Below, one piece after another: positions 1-13,400 of a DNA stretch of 64,000 bases. The position numbers were made by a program, and so were the translations under genes. Origin of the DNA: Mytilus edulis (lineage: Eukaryota); assembly GCF_963676685.1 (NCBI RefSeq), contig NC_092354.1, positions 19,282,001 through 19,346,000 on the forward strand, written 5' to 3'. Position 1 is the stretch's first letter. Each line of letters begins with the position of its first letter. The notes beneath the pieces are model-generated. The model ran no database searches and was not told the DNA's origin. It was given only the letters and a program-made list of their open reading frames with translations.

Positions 1-2949
1 TTTTCATAAGAGCGTCACTGATTAAATTTTGTGTAGACGAAATCCGCATTTGACTTTATCTCAACATTTCAATCCTGGTATCTATGATGAGTTTATTAAC
101 TATCCAAACTGAATAACGACTGTGGTTTCTATTGGTTTCCATTAAATTAGTCTTTAGTTGACTATGTTGCGCTTTTTTTTTTAAATTATGGTAACTCTAC
201 AGTTGTTTTTCGCTTGATCTGTTTATTGATAGCTGCGGGTTGTGTCAGATTAAAGTCATATGAAACTTTAAATAAAATGGAATATGATGCATATGTTTTT
301 GTAAGTACATATCCCTTTTTCTCAATAAAATTCTATACTTTGTCTATATTGAGAAGAAATTTACTCTAATTGTTAACTTCCAGTAACGGTTTCCGTATGC
401 AGTGAATTCAGCGTGACCTTTCTTGCAAAAAATCGGTGATTGCAATACGCGTAGATCTGTCTTTTAAATAAACTGTTATGTTATTTTACATGTAATATAC
501 ATCCTCAATATTCATGCTTCTTTGTTGACTATTTACTTAAAGGACACAATCGATTAATCACGGTTTCAAAACACGAACACTAATTAGCTGCCATATTTTT
601 AAATCATAACATTGGACCGGAAAAGTTTTCTTTTTACAATAATACGAAATGGATGGGTAAAAATGATGAAATTGTGCACAGAATACAAAGTTTATGACAT
701 ACACATGCATTGGTTTAAGAATAGCTAGGATAAACATTATTTTTCACCCGCCACTCGTTTCATTTGACTTTAATGAACTTAGGCTTTTTAAGCTTCAGTA
801 TTTTGTTTTAGTTTAATTTCGAATACTGTGGTTTAGATTTTTTTCTTTTTTTTTTCTTCGTTTTTACAAAGATAACATTATTCGAAAGAAAAACAGAACT
901 GCGTTTTTAAATTCTTTTTCTATTTTATCATAGGTTTCACGACAGATAATATCAAACATGCGCTCCATAAGTAAAATACTTTAATTATCTCCCTTCTCTT
1001 TTTTTTTTTTTGCTATCTTTATTCTACCATAGATGTTAGTACACAAAAACCAGTGACAAAAACACATCGAAAAAGTGAGTAAATAATTTATATGTTTGGG
1101 TTTATTGTTTTGCACAACTGATGACATGTTTTCAAAGCATAATCAAATTAACTACAAACAGTGCCACCGAAACACATACATATTTATTTTGTGAATTTTA
1201 CTGTTCTTGCTAAATTGAAATATAAAACGTGTAAAATAAGTTTACATCACACTATAGCGATTTCTACAAAATTTCACATTAAGTTTAATTGCTGTCAGTT
1301 GATAACAATGTATTTCAATAAGAATACAGTTGAAGAAATACATAATTAAATAATGAAATATATAGATTTATAGGTTTATAGCTGCATGACCTATTAAAAC
1401 AAAATATATGGAATACATAGATAACATCTATAATTTGTTTTCAATTAAAAAATTATATCAAACGGAGAATGAAAAAGTGAGAAACATTAAAATAAGAATG
1501 ATATAGATATAGACACAATGAAACAAAAGGATTTATATAAAAAAGGAATCAAGAATATTTTGTTTAGATTGTTTAAACAAAAATGACATATGTGTGGTTT
1601 TCTTCGGAAATAAATGGTTCTGCGGATGTTTCAGATAATAACATTTGGTACTGAACTGGTTTCCGTTCTGTAACTTTAAATTTGTCTCAACTAAATGGCA
1701 TTAAATAAATACACAATGCTTATTAGCACAAACTTAAATCAAGTTCAATTTTGTGCAGGGTCACTTTAACTGTTTTGAGTAAAGCCCCTTTATCACGTTA
1801 TATGAATGCAGGGGCATAATAAGTGTCCAATGGACTTTGATGAAATCCCTTACTTTCAGAATTATACTGAATATAAAAAAGAAGATGTGGTATGATTGCC
1901 AATGAGACAACTGTCCACAAGAGACCAAAATGACACATACATTAACAATGAGCAAAGCCCATACCGCATAGTCAGGTATAAAAGGCTCCGATAAACAGCT
2001 TTCGGTTTGGTTTTTCAATCTGATTACTTAGACTTTTTAGTTTTCTAGGTTGTGTTGTGAAAATGTATGTAACAATTCAAGAATATGACAGTTGTTTTTC
2101 GCTTGATCTATTGATTTGTAGCTGAAGTTGAACTTTCATTTACTTTTTGAATCCTTTTGGATTTTCTTTCTTATAAGTATTTTTTCATATACTTAATCTA
2201 TGTATACTGTTGATATTATATATAAATGACTTGCAAATTAGCAGTCTCCACTATTACATTGTATGTACTTTAAACAGAAAAAAGGAAATGCAACAAAAAT
2301 TTGCCACACCTATCATGCCTATTGAGAAATAGCATGATTCGAAAAAGAGAGAACACGCGATATCAAATTCTGCAAACGTTTTATTACTGGTTTACCGACA
2401 GATAATTTTAAACAGGCTCTCCATAAGTAAATTACTGTTATTATCTCCCTTTGCGTTTATATCTTTTGCTCTAAATTTACATCATCCGACCTTAATATTT
2501 GAATAAGTAAGTACACGATTTAAATATGTTCATGTGTATCATGTTACACAACTAATGGCAGGGTTTTAACATAATCAAAACTACAAACAATGCTTCCGAA
2601 ACATAAATACATATTTGCTTTGAAAATTTTACTGTTTTAATAAATACCAACACTAGTTATCTTTTAAATTATAATTGTAATTGTTCTACAATTTTACAAA
2701 ATCTAAGCCCGACCATAAGTCTAATGGTTTCATATAATNNNNNNNNNNNNNNNNNNNNNNNNNNNNNNNNNNNNNNNNNNNNNNNNNNNNNNNNNNNNNN
2801 NNNNNNNNNNNNNNNNNNNNNNNNNNNNNNNNNNNNNNNNNNNNNNNNNNNNNNNNNNNNNNNNNNNNNNNNNNNNNNNNNNNNNNNNNNNNNNNNNNNN
2901 NNNNNNNNNNNNNNNNNNNNNNNNNNNNNNNNNNNNNNNNNNNNNNNNN

Positions 2950-3538
2950 CCCTAGTTTTTGTCCATCTGATGAGTTAAGCCTTTCAACTGATTTTTAGAG
3001 GTCGTTCTTATGTTGTACTGTTATACCACTGTCCCAGGTTAGGAGAAGGGTTGGGATCCCGCTGACATTGTTAACTCCGCCACACATGAATGTGCCTGTC
3101 CCAAGGCAGGACCCTGAAATTTAGTGGTTTTCGTTTGTTTATGTGTTACATATTTGTTGTTCGTTCATTTTTTTATATAAATAAGGCCTTATTTATATAA
3201 AAAAATGAACGAAGAACAAATATGTAACACATAATCAAACGAAAACCACTAAATTACAGGGAACGAAGAACAAATATGTAACACATAAACAAACGCAAAC
3301 CACTAAATTACAGGGTCTTGCCTTGGGACAGGCACATTCATTAATAATGTGGCGGAGTTTTTCCGTTTCAATTGTTTGAGATCGTCATTTCTGGACCTTT
3401 TATAGCTGACTATGCGGGTTCGGCTTTGCTTATTGTTGAAGGCGGTACGGTTACCTGTAGTTGTTTATTTCTGTGTCATTTTGGTCTTTTGTGGACAGTT
3501 GTCCCATTAGCAATTATACCACATCTTCTTTTTCATAG
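2950..3538 (+). mobile_element. Non-autonomous Penelope-type tail repeat with internal foldback
   Basis: Twister-like motif, then the ...ttgttgaaggcggtacggttacc...ataccacatcttctttt tail; other copies at 1875-1990 (-), 46608-46715 (-), 53090-53197 (-). Confidence 0.6.
3026..3127 (+). ncRNA. Degenerate twister-like copy in a second Penelope-type tail family
   Basis: GGAG-AAGGG...UAA-CUCC-GCC...CCUG-UCCCAAGG-CAGG; P2 covaries relative to the 20276 copy; the catalytic G position is A. Confidence 0.55.
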
Positions 3539-3922
3539 GTCTTATCTGTTTGTTTCATTAAAGAATGCACCAACAACTTATTCGCTACACTTGTTCTATC
3601 TAGATGAAGGTGACGATTTGTAACTGCTTCAATAATGCACATATTTTTTTATTTTTTTTTTATGAGATAGGGCTCGAAGATTGAGAAAGAAAAAATAATG
3701 ATCATTGATAGACACAAAAAAACACAATTTTATAAAAAATGGATAATCCATTATTCGTATTTATCCATCTTTTCTAAAAACTTATTGACGTTTGCTAAAT
3801 AACTTAAAGTATATTTACAGCTATTAAAAATGAAATTATTAATTTATGTTTATTTTCTTTTATTAAAACTCTAGGCCACACAACAAAAAATATAACGGGC
3901 AAGAAGGGACAAAACAAAGAAA

Positions 3923-5536
3923 ATGACTGATTACAAAAATACAGTGGGTTTAATGAATGTGTCCCCTGGTCATAATCAAGATCACTGTATAAAGAAAGAC
4001 CCGAGATGCAATAATGGAAGCAAAAATTGTACTTGCCAACTGTGTGGTAAAGGATTAAAAAGGGAAAAAAAGATTGAGAATAAGTGTCAATTGTGTGGTA
4101 AAGAAGGGAAAAAACTTGAAAAATCCGAGAATACTTGTAAAGGATGGAACCGGGAAGAAAAGTCCGAAGAACATAAAAAAATCCACTCGTGCGAAAAAAC
4201 GTTAAAATGCGATATGTGTAACAACGACTTAAATCAAATACCTATCTCACAGTCGCACACGCCAAAACAAACTCAGTCCGATGATACACCTTTTAACTGT
4301 TATGTATGTGGTAAAGATTTCAATCAACAATATCACCTACGGATGCATATCAGAATACACACTGGTGATAAACATTTCAACTGTTATGTATGTGGTAAAG
4401 ATTTCAATCAACAATGTCATCTACGTTTGCATATGAGAATACACACTGGTGATAAACATTTCAACTGTGATATATGTAGTAAAGGTTTTAGTCAAAAACA
4501 ATACTTAAAAGCACACATGTGTATACACAATGATAATAAACCTTTTAACTGTGACGTCTGTGGTAAAGAGTTTAGACAATCTGGCCACTTAAAAACACAC
4601 ATGTGTATACACAATGATAAACCTTATAACTGTGACGTCTGTGGTGAAGACTTTAGACGACTTAGACAATTTAAGAAACACAAGAGAACGCATACTGGTG
4701 ATAAATTATATAACTGTGATGTATGTGGGAAAGGATTCAGTAATCGATATAATTTTATGACGCATATCAGAATTCATACTGGTGATAAACCTTTTATCTG
4801 TGATGTTTGTAGAAAATGTTTTAGTTCTAAGCAGTACTTAAACTCGCACATGCGTATACATACTGGAGATAAACGTTTTAACTGTGACATATGCGATAGA
4901 AGGTTTGGTCAAAATAGTGACTTAAAGAAACATATGAGAACTCATACTGGTGTCAAACCATATGTGTGTGATGTGTGTTGTAAAGAATTTACTCGACGTG
5001 ATATCTTAAATGTACATATGAGAACACATGAGTTTAAAAAACCTAAAAAATGTAATGTATGTGATGAAGTTTTTCCTCAAAAGGAGGATTTACTAATACA
5101 CATGGGATCGCATACTGCCAAAAAACCATATACATGCAAAGTATGTAGCAAATGCTTTAGTAGTAAACACCAGTTAAAAGTACATACGAGAATACACACC
5201 GGTGATAAACCTTATAAGTGTGATGTGTGTAGTAAACGGTTTGGACAACTACCGTCTCTACGGACGCATATGAAAATACACACTGGAGATAAACACTACT
5301 ACTGTGATACATGTGGTAGAAGATTTCGTCTCAGTAGTGACTTAAAAAAACATACGAGAACACATACTGGTGAAAAACCGTATCTATGCTATGTATGTGG
5401 TAAAGGATTTAGTCGGACTGATACCTTACATGACCATATGAGAACGCACACAGGTGAAAAACCGTATAGCTGCGATGTATGTGATGAGAAATTTGGTCAT
5501 AGGTCAGAATTACGGATGCATATGAGAACGCACTGA
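3923..5536 (+). CDS. C2H2 zinc-finger protein (~15 tandem fingers), paralog 1
   Basis: 537-aa ORF with repeated CxxC-x12-HxxxH and TGDKP/TGEKP linkers; N-terminus MTDYKNTVG..CTCQLCGKGL is shared with the two other paralogs. Confidence 0.92.
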   Translation: MTDYKNTVGLMNVSPGHNQDHCIKKDPRCNNGSKNCTCQLCGKGLKREKKIENKCQLCGKEGKKLEKSENTCKGWNREEKSEEHKKIHSCEKTLKCDMCNNDLNQIPISQSHTPKQTQSDDTPFNCYVCGKDFNQQYHLRMHIRIHTGDKHFNCYVCGKDFNQQCHLRLHMRIHTGDKHFNCDICSKGFSQKQYLKAHMCIHNDNKPFNCDVCGKEFRQSGHLKTHMCIHNDKPYNCDVCGEDFRRLRQFKKHKRTHTGDKLYNCDVCGKGFSNRYNFMTHIRIHTGDKPFICDVCRKCFSSKQYLNSHMRIHTGDKRFNCDICDRRFGQNSDLKKHMRTHTGVKPYVCDVCCKEFTRRDILNVHMRTHEFKKPKKCNVCDEVFPQKEDLLIHMGSHTAKKPYTCKVCSKCFSSKHQLKVHTRIHTGDKPYKCDVCSKRFGQLPSLRTHMKIHTGDKHYYCDTCGRRFRLSSDLKKHTRTHTGEKPYLCYVCGKGFSRTDTLHDHMRTHTGEKPYSCDVCDEKFGHRSELRMHMRTH

Positions 5537-8500
5537 CAAATCTTAAACATGTATTATCTGACTATTGCATTGTGAAAAGTTTAATTAGAAACCTAAAATA
5601 GATAAATGAGATCCTTAGTCAAGACATAGCAAACAAGGCAGCTGACTATATATGAAATATATTGATTATTAAATGAGGGGGGCAATACTTTTTTATATTA
5701 ACCTGTTTTTGCCTTTTTTCAAGGTGTTGTTAACTGTTATTTGAGATCATTTAAAGCTGTTAACAGTTTTCAACCCACTTTGTTAACTGTTATCAGCATT
5801 TTTTGCATTTTTTGTTATTAATAATTGTTTTTGCCAAAATCGAGGTGTTGTTAACATGTTAACGGACCCCCTATTTCCCCCTCTTTAATCTGGCATACTG
5901 CAAACATTTACATTTTTGGCTTCGTCGTGCATTGTTCTAGACAAAGTCATTAAGGAGTTCGATTGCTGTAGTTTTGAATTTGTTTGCAAAACATGACAAA
6001 GTTAAAAAAAGACATTTATCTGCAAATATCAAAAATGGGATTTATAAAAAGTTGATAGCTATTTTACAGCACTGAAACCTTCATGAGTTTCCTTATTGAA
6101 CACTGTTGAATGCAATCTATTTACCATGTTTACTAAAATGAAAGATTATTCCTACCAATTGTTTCAAAAATATTGGCAAAACATACATGACATATCTTGT
6201 CTTTAATGATAAATAATATAAATAATGTTCAATCGCTAAAAGAATTAAAAAAAAAATACAAGACTTTTATTTGCAAAACATTCTAGTTGAAAACAGGGGT
6301 CATGTTTAACAAAATTATTTTAAGATCATTTTTTTTTATTAGAAATATACAAATAAATAAAAGCAACAGTAGTATACTGCTATTCAAACTCATAAATCCA
6401 TGGACAAAAAACAAAATCGGGGTAACAAACTAAAACTGAACAATATTTGACAGTTTTAGGTTTTTGCATTTTCATGTCATATTATTTCAGAGCAAACATT
6501 TAAGCATTCCCGTGCTTGCATTTCCTATCATGATTTTCTTGATAGGAAGCTATTAAACCAAGCGTTCAAAATTGTGAAGTTAAAATCATCCCTTCGTAAA
6601 TTTTACGGACGCCATCATGAGTTGGTTGACCGTTATGGAATAACCGTTTCTCAAATGATATCGGATATGCACCTTACGTCGTAACTACAATATCCTTCCC
6701 TTTCATTAATGTGACCTATTAAATTAGACTATTTTCCGGATTTGTTATCACATAAGCAACACAACCGGTGCCACCTGTGGAGCAGGATCTACCCCTCCGG
6801 AGCACCTGCGTTGTCAGTTTACTTTCGATTTATGAGTTTGACTGTCCATTTGGTATCTTTCGTCCATCGTTAAACACTTCCATCATCACGCTTACATGTA
6901 TTACAGTGAAACCTGGCGAAACCGAACCTCTTCATTCATATTTTGAATAAAATGATTAAATAGAATAATCATTATGATTATGTAATATTGCTTATTATAT
7001 TCCTTGTATGTTCCGGACAACTCAGAAGTATGTCGCAGGAATACCATTCGTCAAAACTCGGTTGATTCCGTACCTCATAACGGATAGAAGGAAATTAGCG
7101 GAGTCACCCGAGGATTGCCGATTGGCATGAATATTTTACATTTGATACATGGAAGTACAATTGTAACACGCAATCTAAAATAAAAAGAATAAATGTGTTG
7201 TTAAAATAAAGAAACGTATGAGCTTAACGTTTATTTAGAATCTAATTTAAGACAGATCTTAGTTTTCATTAGCCTCAAATTTATACAATTATACATCAAT
7301 AATGTATTTATATTTTAAGGCCTCAAATTGATACAATTATACAAAAATAATGTATTTATTACTCAATGTATTCTGTTTGAATATTATTAAAACTACATTT
7401 ATTATGAATTTGAAACTGCTATATATTCATGATATGCATGTACTTCAAACTTGTAGCATATTGAACATTGTAGTTTATCAGCTAATCATTATTCTGTTAT
7501 ATTTAGGCCACACTTAAGAATAATTCAGTTTGTCCAAACCCAACCCAAAGATAGAACTCGTACCACTGGGAAGTCCTACCATTAAAAATATATTTAAAAA
7601 ATATGAATGTTTTATGTTTTTTTTTTTGTAAACTTAATAAAAATAAAGTTAAATTACTTGACTTAAGAGGTATTGAGTGAAAGTAAAGTACATATTCATC
7701 ATTTAACACCATTTAAATGCATTTAAATAAGTTGGTTCGAGTTAGCAGTGGTACGAGTTTGCATTGGTACGAGTTTTTATTTAGTGGTACGAGTTTACAT
7801 TGGTACGAGTTTACAATGGTACGGGATAACTATAATTCGAATCAGTGAGTAGGTAGGTAGGTAGTCATTTATTTTTATTATTATTTTTAACAAAGAGAAA
7901 TTAAATCGTTAAATGTTTTTTAGTCTCCATTCCTTTTTGATTAAAAACCACTTGATCACATGATGACAATAAAAGATTTGAAGTAGGCAGCTATTTTTGG
8001 GGTAGGTAGGGTTAGGCAAAACAAAACATCTTTTTATTATGGCCTTACTTAAAAAAATATTTGTTGATTCCAGTTGATAAAGAGGCCACTGATGGGCCTT
8101 TCCTTGGTTGTTTCGTTATGTCTGACATGGTTAGGGACCTTTCTGTGAACATTACCTTTCGGCTGTAGAGATAAAGGGAACATATCATCAGGATCAGCCA
8201 ATTTAACTATTATAACAATAGTCATTAAATTTCATTATAATCAGAATTTGACACTTAGTGTAAATATTTATGGATTTAAATCGTTAAATTAGTAATGTGC
8301 AAATGTTTAAACTTACAATGATTGAAGTTTCATACTCATCTGCTCATGAGAACTTAGATAATTAAAAATCAGATGTATATGGTTGGATATATCTCATTTT
8401 ATGTTTTATGACTATCAATATGTGACATTTAATGTACAAAAGACAATCCGTGTACCAAGTCAGGAATATGACAGTTGTTAATTATTCAATCGTTTTTTAT

Positions 8501-10417
8501 TATTTCTTTTTATATATGAGATATGTACTTTTGATAAGATTTTCGAGTACCTTCAAAAGAGGAAATATACCAGAAGGACAGTGAAACTCATAAGTCGAAA
8601 ATAAACTGACAACGGCTGGCTAAAAATGAAAGAAGACAAACGATAGAACACATGACACAACATGGAAAACTAAAGAATAAGCAAAACGAACCCCACAAAA
8701 ACTAGGGGTGATGTCAGGGTAAGCAGATCCTGCTCCACATGTGGCACCTGTCGTGTTGCTCATGTTATAACAAATCCGGTATATCTCATTCTCTTTTAAG
8801 TGAGGATCATTATACATCATATATTAGTTATACTCTATAAAAGATTACTTCTCCACGTTTTTCATGAGGTAAAGGTTTCTCATTCTGTAGTTTTTGATAC
8901 TGTGTTACGTTGATCAGTTTATTGGTCGTTTTTCTTCTTCCTTTTTTTTAGCTCACCTGGCCCAAAGGGCCAAGTGAGCTTTTCTCATCACTTGGCGTCC
9001 GTCGTCCGTCGTCCGTCGTCGTCTGTCGTCCTTCGTCGTCTGTCGTCCGTCGTCGTTAACTTTTACAAAAATCTTCTCCTCTGAAACTACTGGCCAAAAT
9101 TAAACTAAACTTGGCCACAATCATCATTGGGGTATCTAGTTTAAAATATGTGTGGCGTGACCCGGCCAACCAACCAAGATGGCCGCCATGGCTAAAAATA
9201 GAACAAAGGGGTAAAATGCAGTTTTTGGCTAATTACTCAAAAACCAAAGCATTTAGAGCAAATCTGACATGAAATAAATTTGTTTATCAGGTGAAGATCT
9301 ATCTGCCCTCAAATTTTCAGATGAATTCAATAACCCGTTGTTGGGTTGCTGCCCCTGAATTGGTAATTTTAGGGAATTTTTGCTGTTTTTGGTTATTATC
9401 TTGAATATTATTATAGTGGAGATAAACTGTAAAACAGCAATAATGTTCAGCAAAGTAACATTTACAAATTAGTCAATAAGACCAAAATGGTCAATTGACC
9501 CCTTTAGGAGGTATTGACTTTTATAGTCAATTTTTAACCATTTTTCGTAAATCTTACTAATCTTACAAAAATCTTCTTCTCTGAAACTACTTGGCCAAAA
9601 TAATCCAAACTTGGCCACAATCATCTTTGGGGTATCTAGTTTTAAAAATGTGTGGCGTGACCTGGCCAACCTACCAAGATGGTCGCCATGGCTAAAAATA
9701 GAACATAGGGGGAAAATGCAGTTTTTGGCTTATAACTCAAAAACAAAAGCATTTAAAGCAAAGCTGACATGGAGTACAAGTGTTTATCAGATCAAGATCT
9801 ATCTGCCCTGAAATTTTCAGATGAATCAGACAACTGTTTGTTGGGTTGCTGCCCCTGAATTGGTAATTTCAAGGAAATTTTGCCGTTTTTGGTTATTATC
9901 TTGAATATTATTATAGATAGAGATAAACTGTAAACCGCAATAATGTTCAACAAAGTAAGATCTACAAATAAGTCAACATGACCAAAATGGTCATTTGATC
10001 TCTTGAGGAGTTATTGCCCTTTATAGTCATTTTTTACAATTTTTTCGTAAATTTTTGTAATCTTTTACAAAAATCTTCTCTTCTGAAACTATTGGGTCAA
10101 ATTTGTCAATTTCGAATTCCAAAAATTATTTATATATAGTTATAGTCCCCTTTCACAGGTAATAATTATATGCATGTGTCAGAGGCGGATCCAGACATTT
10201 AAAAAAGGTGTGTGTGTGTGTTCTTGTATGACCTCCTCGGTTACTTATATACTTTTTACGCAAGTTTACAAATTGACTTAGACTCTCAATTTGAAATTTT
10301 ACCTGTATGTATCAGTAGTAAAGATACTGACAAAGATGTGACCAAGCAGATTAAGAATTATTTCGATGATCAGAAACTAAGGAACACAAAACAAAAAAAA
10401 AGTTTCATACCAGTATT

Positions 10418-13400
10418 ATGAAGCTATCCAAATTTGTTTATATGAAAAACTACATGCAAAATAGAAGAAAAAATAAAAAATTCAAGGAAAAAGAATTAAA
10501 TGCAAAAAGATATTCCAGAAAAGATAAAAATTATAGAAAAACTGAAGCAGATAAAAAAAAGTCTCAGAGAGATGAATCTGATATAAGGCAGATAGAGAGA
10601 CAAAGAGAACTTTCTTCTTCAAGAGAGCCTAGAAAGAATGAAGATTTAAAAAATAAACAGAACTGGCTGCTAAAAGAAAGGCTAGAAAAAATGAAGATTT
10701 CAATAAAAGAGAACTTACTGCTAAAAGAAAAGTTAGAAAGGATGAAAATTATAGAAGGGCTGAAGCGGAAAGTAAGAAGTCTCAAAGAGATAATTCTGAT
10801 ATAAGACAGATGGAAAGACAAAGAGAACTTGCTTCTAAAAGAGAGGCTAGAAAAAATGAAGATTTCAATAAAAGAGAACTTGCTGCTAAAAGAAAATTTA
10901 GAAAGGATGAACATTATAGAAGGGCTGAAGCAGAAAGTAAGAAGTCTCAAAGAGATAATTCTGATATAAGACAGATAGAAAGACAAAGAGAACTTGCTTC
11001 TAAAAGAGAGGCTAGAAAGGATGAAAATTATAGAAGGGCTGAAGCAGAAAGTAAGAAGTCTCAAAGAGATAATTCAGATATAAGACAGATGGAAAGACAA
11101 AGAGAACTTGCTTCTAAAAAAGAGACTAGAAAGAATGAAGATTTCAAAAGAAACGAAACAGAAAAGAGAAAAAATTGCCAGACAAGACTACAGAAAACAC
11201 GAGTCTGAACGAGACTTCCACAGAAAAAAAGAATATAAGTCAAATCCAGAAAATTTAGGAAATGAGCGTTTGAAGAAACAAAGTTCTAGACAGAAAAACC
11301 TAGATATAGACAGATGTTATGAAAAGACAGTCAAAAGTACTTAAAGAAAAAACATTGATTTTACAAATCATCAAAAAGACCTAAAAAAAAATCAGGGTAT
11401 AACCCTTGATGCTTGCATAAGAAATTTTAAAACAAAAATAAATCAAGGTCCTACATATATATGTACTTCATGTCATCAAACTTGGTTCTGTGATTATGTA
11501 GTAAATTCTAAAACTGTCAAAACGAACACTCCTGCTAACATGACTCATTGTTTTACTAATTTTAAATCTGTACAGCACATAGAATGGATATGCCACATTT
11601 GTCTAAATGCAATTAAAAGAGGAAAAATGCCTCGTTTTGCAATTGCAAATAAAATGGGATTTCCTAAAAAACCAAAAGAATTAAATTTGTATCCTTTAGA
11701 AGAGAGACTATTATCACTAAGGATTCCTTTTATGCAGCTTCGACAGTTGCCTAGAGGTGGACAGTTATCAGGCAATGTTATAAATGTACCTGTTGAAGTT
11801 CAACCTAAAATAAATTCTCTTCCACATACAATAGAGAAATCAGGTACAATATCAGTCAAATTGATGAAAAAGCTTGAATTCAAAAAATGTGATTTAAGTG
11901 AAGATGTCAGACCATTTGCTGTCATTTGTGCATTACATTTTTTTTTTTAGAACAAGTGACTTGTACAAGTCTTCTGGGATTGAAATAAATGATGATTGGA
12001 TTACAGAAATAGCAAAAATAACTGAAGAAGAAACACAAAAGGAAAACAATAGTACAGAACAAGAGGATAACCAAGATGAAAATGATTCAGACGATGACTC
12101 CGATCATTTCAGTGAAGTAGATGAAAGTGAAATGCATGTTGGAAACACAGATACACTGTTAGATCACATTCAAGACGACAATCCACTATGTGATACAGGT
12201 TTAACTTTTGCTCCTGGTGAAGGTCAACGACCAATTAGTCTCTACAGTGATCCTGATGCAGAGTACTTATCTTTTCCAACTATATTTTGTGGTCAAAGGA
12301 GGCCAGATAACAAAGACAGGTCTGTTTCTGTTCACTATACTGATATTGTTAAATGGGAACTAAGTTCCATGGATAGGAGAGTAGCACAGTCTGTACCAAA
12401 CATTTTTTTTAAGTTAAAGAAAATTCAGTTAAAAACATAAGTGATAAGGTCAATCTTGCTCTGAGAAGGTGTCAATCAGAAGGAAAACAATGGACAGCAA
12501 AAGATGTACTGAATCCTAACACTGTAAATGATCTTGTAAGATTGGATGAAGGTTATTATATCGTTAGAAGTTTGGGAAACTCTCCAGTATACCTTGAAAA
12601 GAGGAAAAAAGATTTGTTTGCAATGATTAGACAGTTGGGTCTTCCAACGTGGTTTGGCTCTCTTTCATCTGCAGACACTAACTGGAAAGATTTGTTACGA
12701 ATTCTTGGCAAATTAAATGATGGCAAAAAGTATACTGACAACGAATTGGAAGAAATGGATTGGAATCAGAAATCTAAACTTGTTCAGAAAGACCCTGTGA
12801 CATGCTCTAGATATTTTGATTATCGTGTCCAACAGTTTATCAACTTGGTGTTGAAAAGTGATCATGATCCTATTGGAAAATTGACAGATTTTTTTTATAG
12901 GGTTGAATTTCAAAAGAGAGGTTCACCACATATTCATATCTTAATTTGGATTGAAAATGCACCAGTATATGAAAGTGATTCAAATGAAGGTGTTGTAGCA
13001 TTTATTGATAAATATGTCTTCTGTTCACTTGTAGAAAATGACAGTTTAGTCAATTTGCAAGTTCATAAACATTCAAAAACGTGCAGAAAAAAAGGTCACC
13101 CAATTTGTCGTTGTGGTTTTCCCCTTCCACCTATGAAAGCAACAGTTATTGTAGAACCTTTTGAGAAAGTGATGACATAGAAAAATGCAAGGCTATATAT
13201 AAAGAAATACAAAACGAAATTAATACACTTCACAATTCTGAAGATATAGACCAGATGACATATGACATGTTTTTAGATGATGTGTTACAAATGAATGATG
13301 AAAATTACATTAAGGCCATTAGAAGCAACTTTCAAATTCTGTTGAAACAAGTGCACAAGAAGCAACCTACTTAACACTACAGATGCCTTTAACAAAAGCT

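Noticed and set aside
2967-2995. CTGATGA-gtt...aac as a hammerhead
   Set aside because: No GAAA after stem II and no stem III or cleavage triplet
10564-11243. Antisense ORFs over RepHel, and similar ones over the ZNFs and LINE
   Set aside because: Shadows of repetitive coding sequence on the opposite strand
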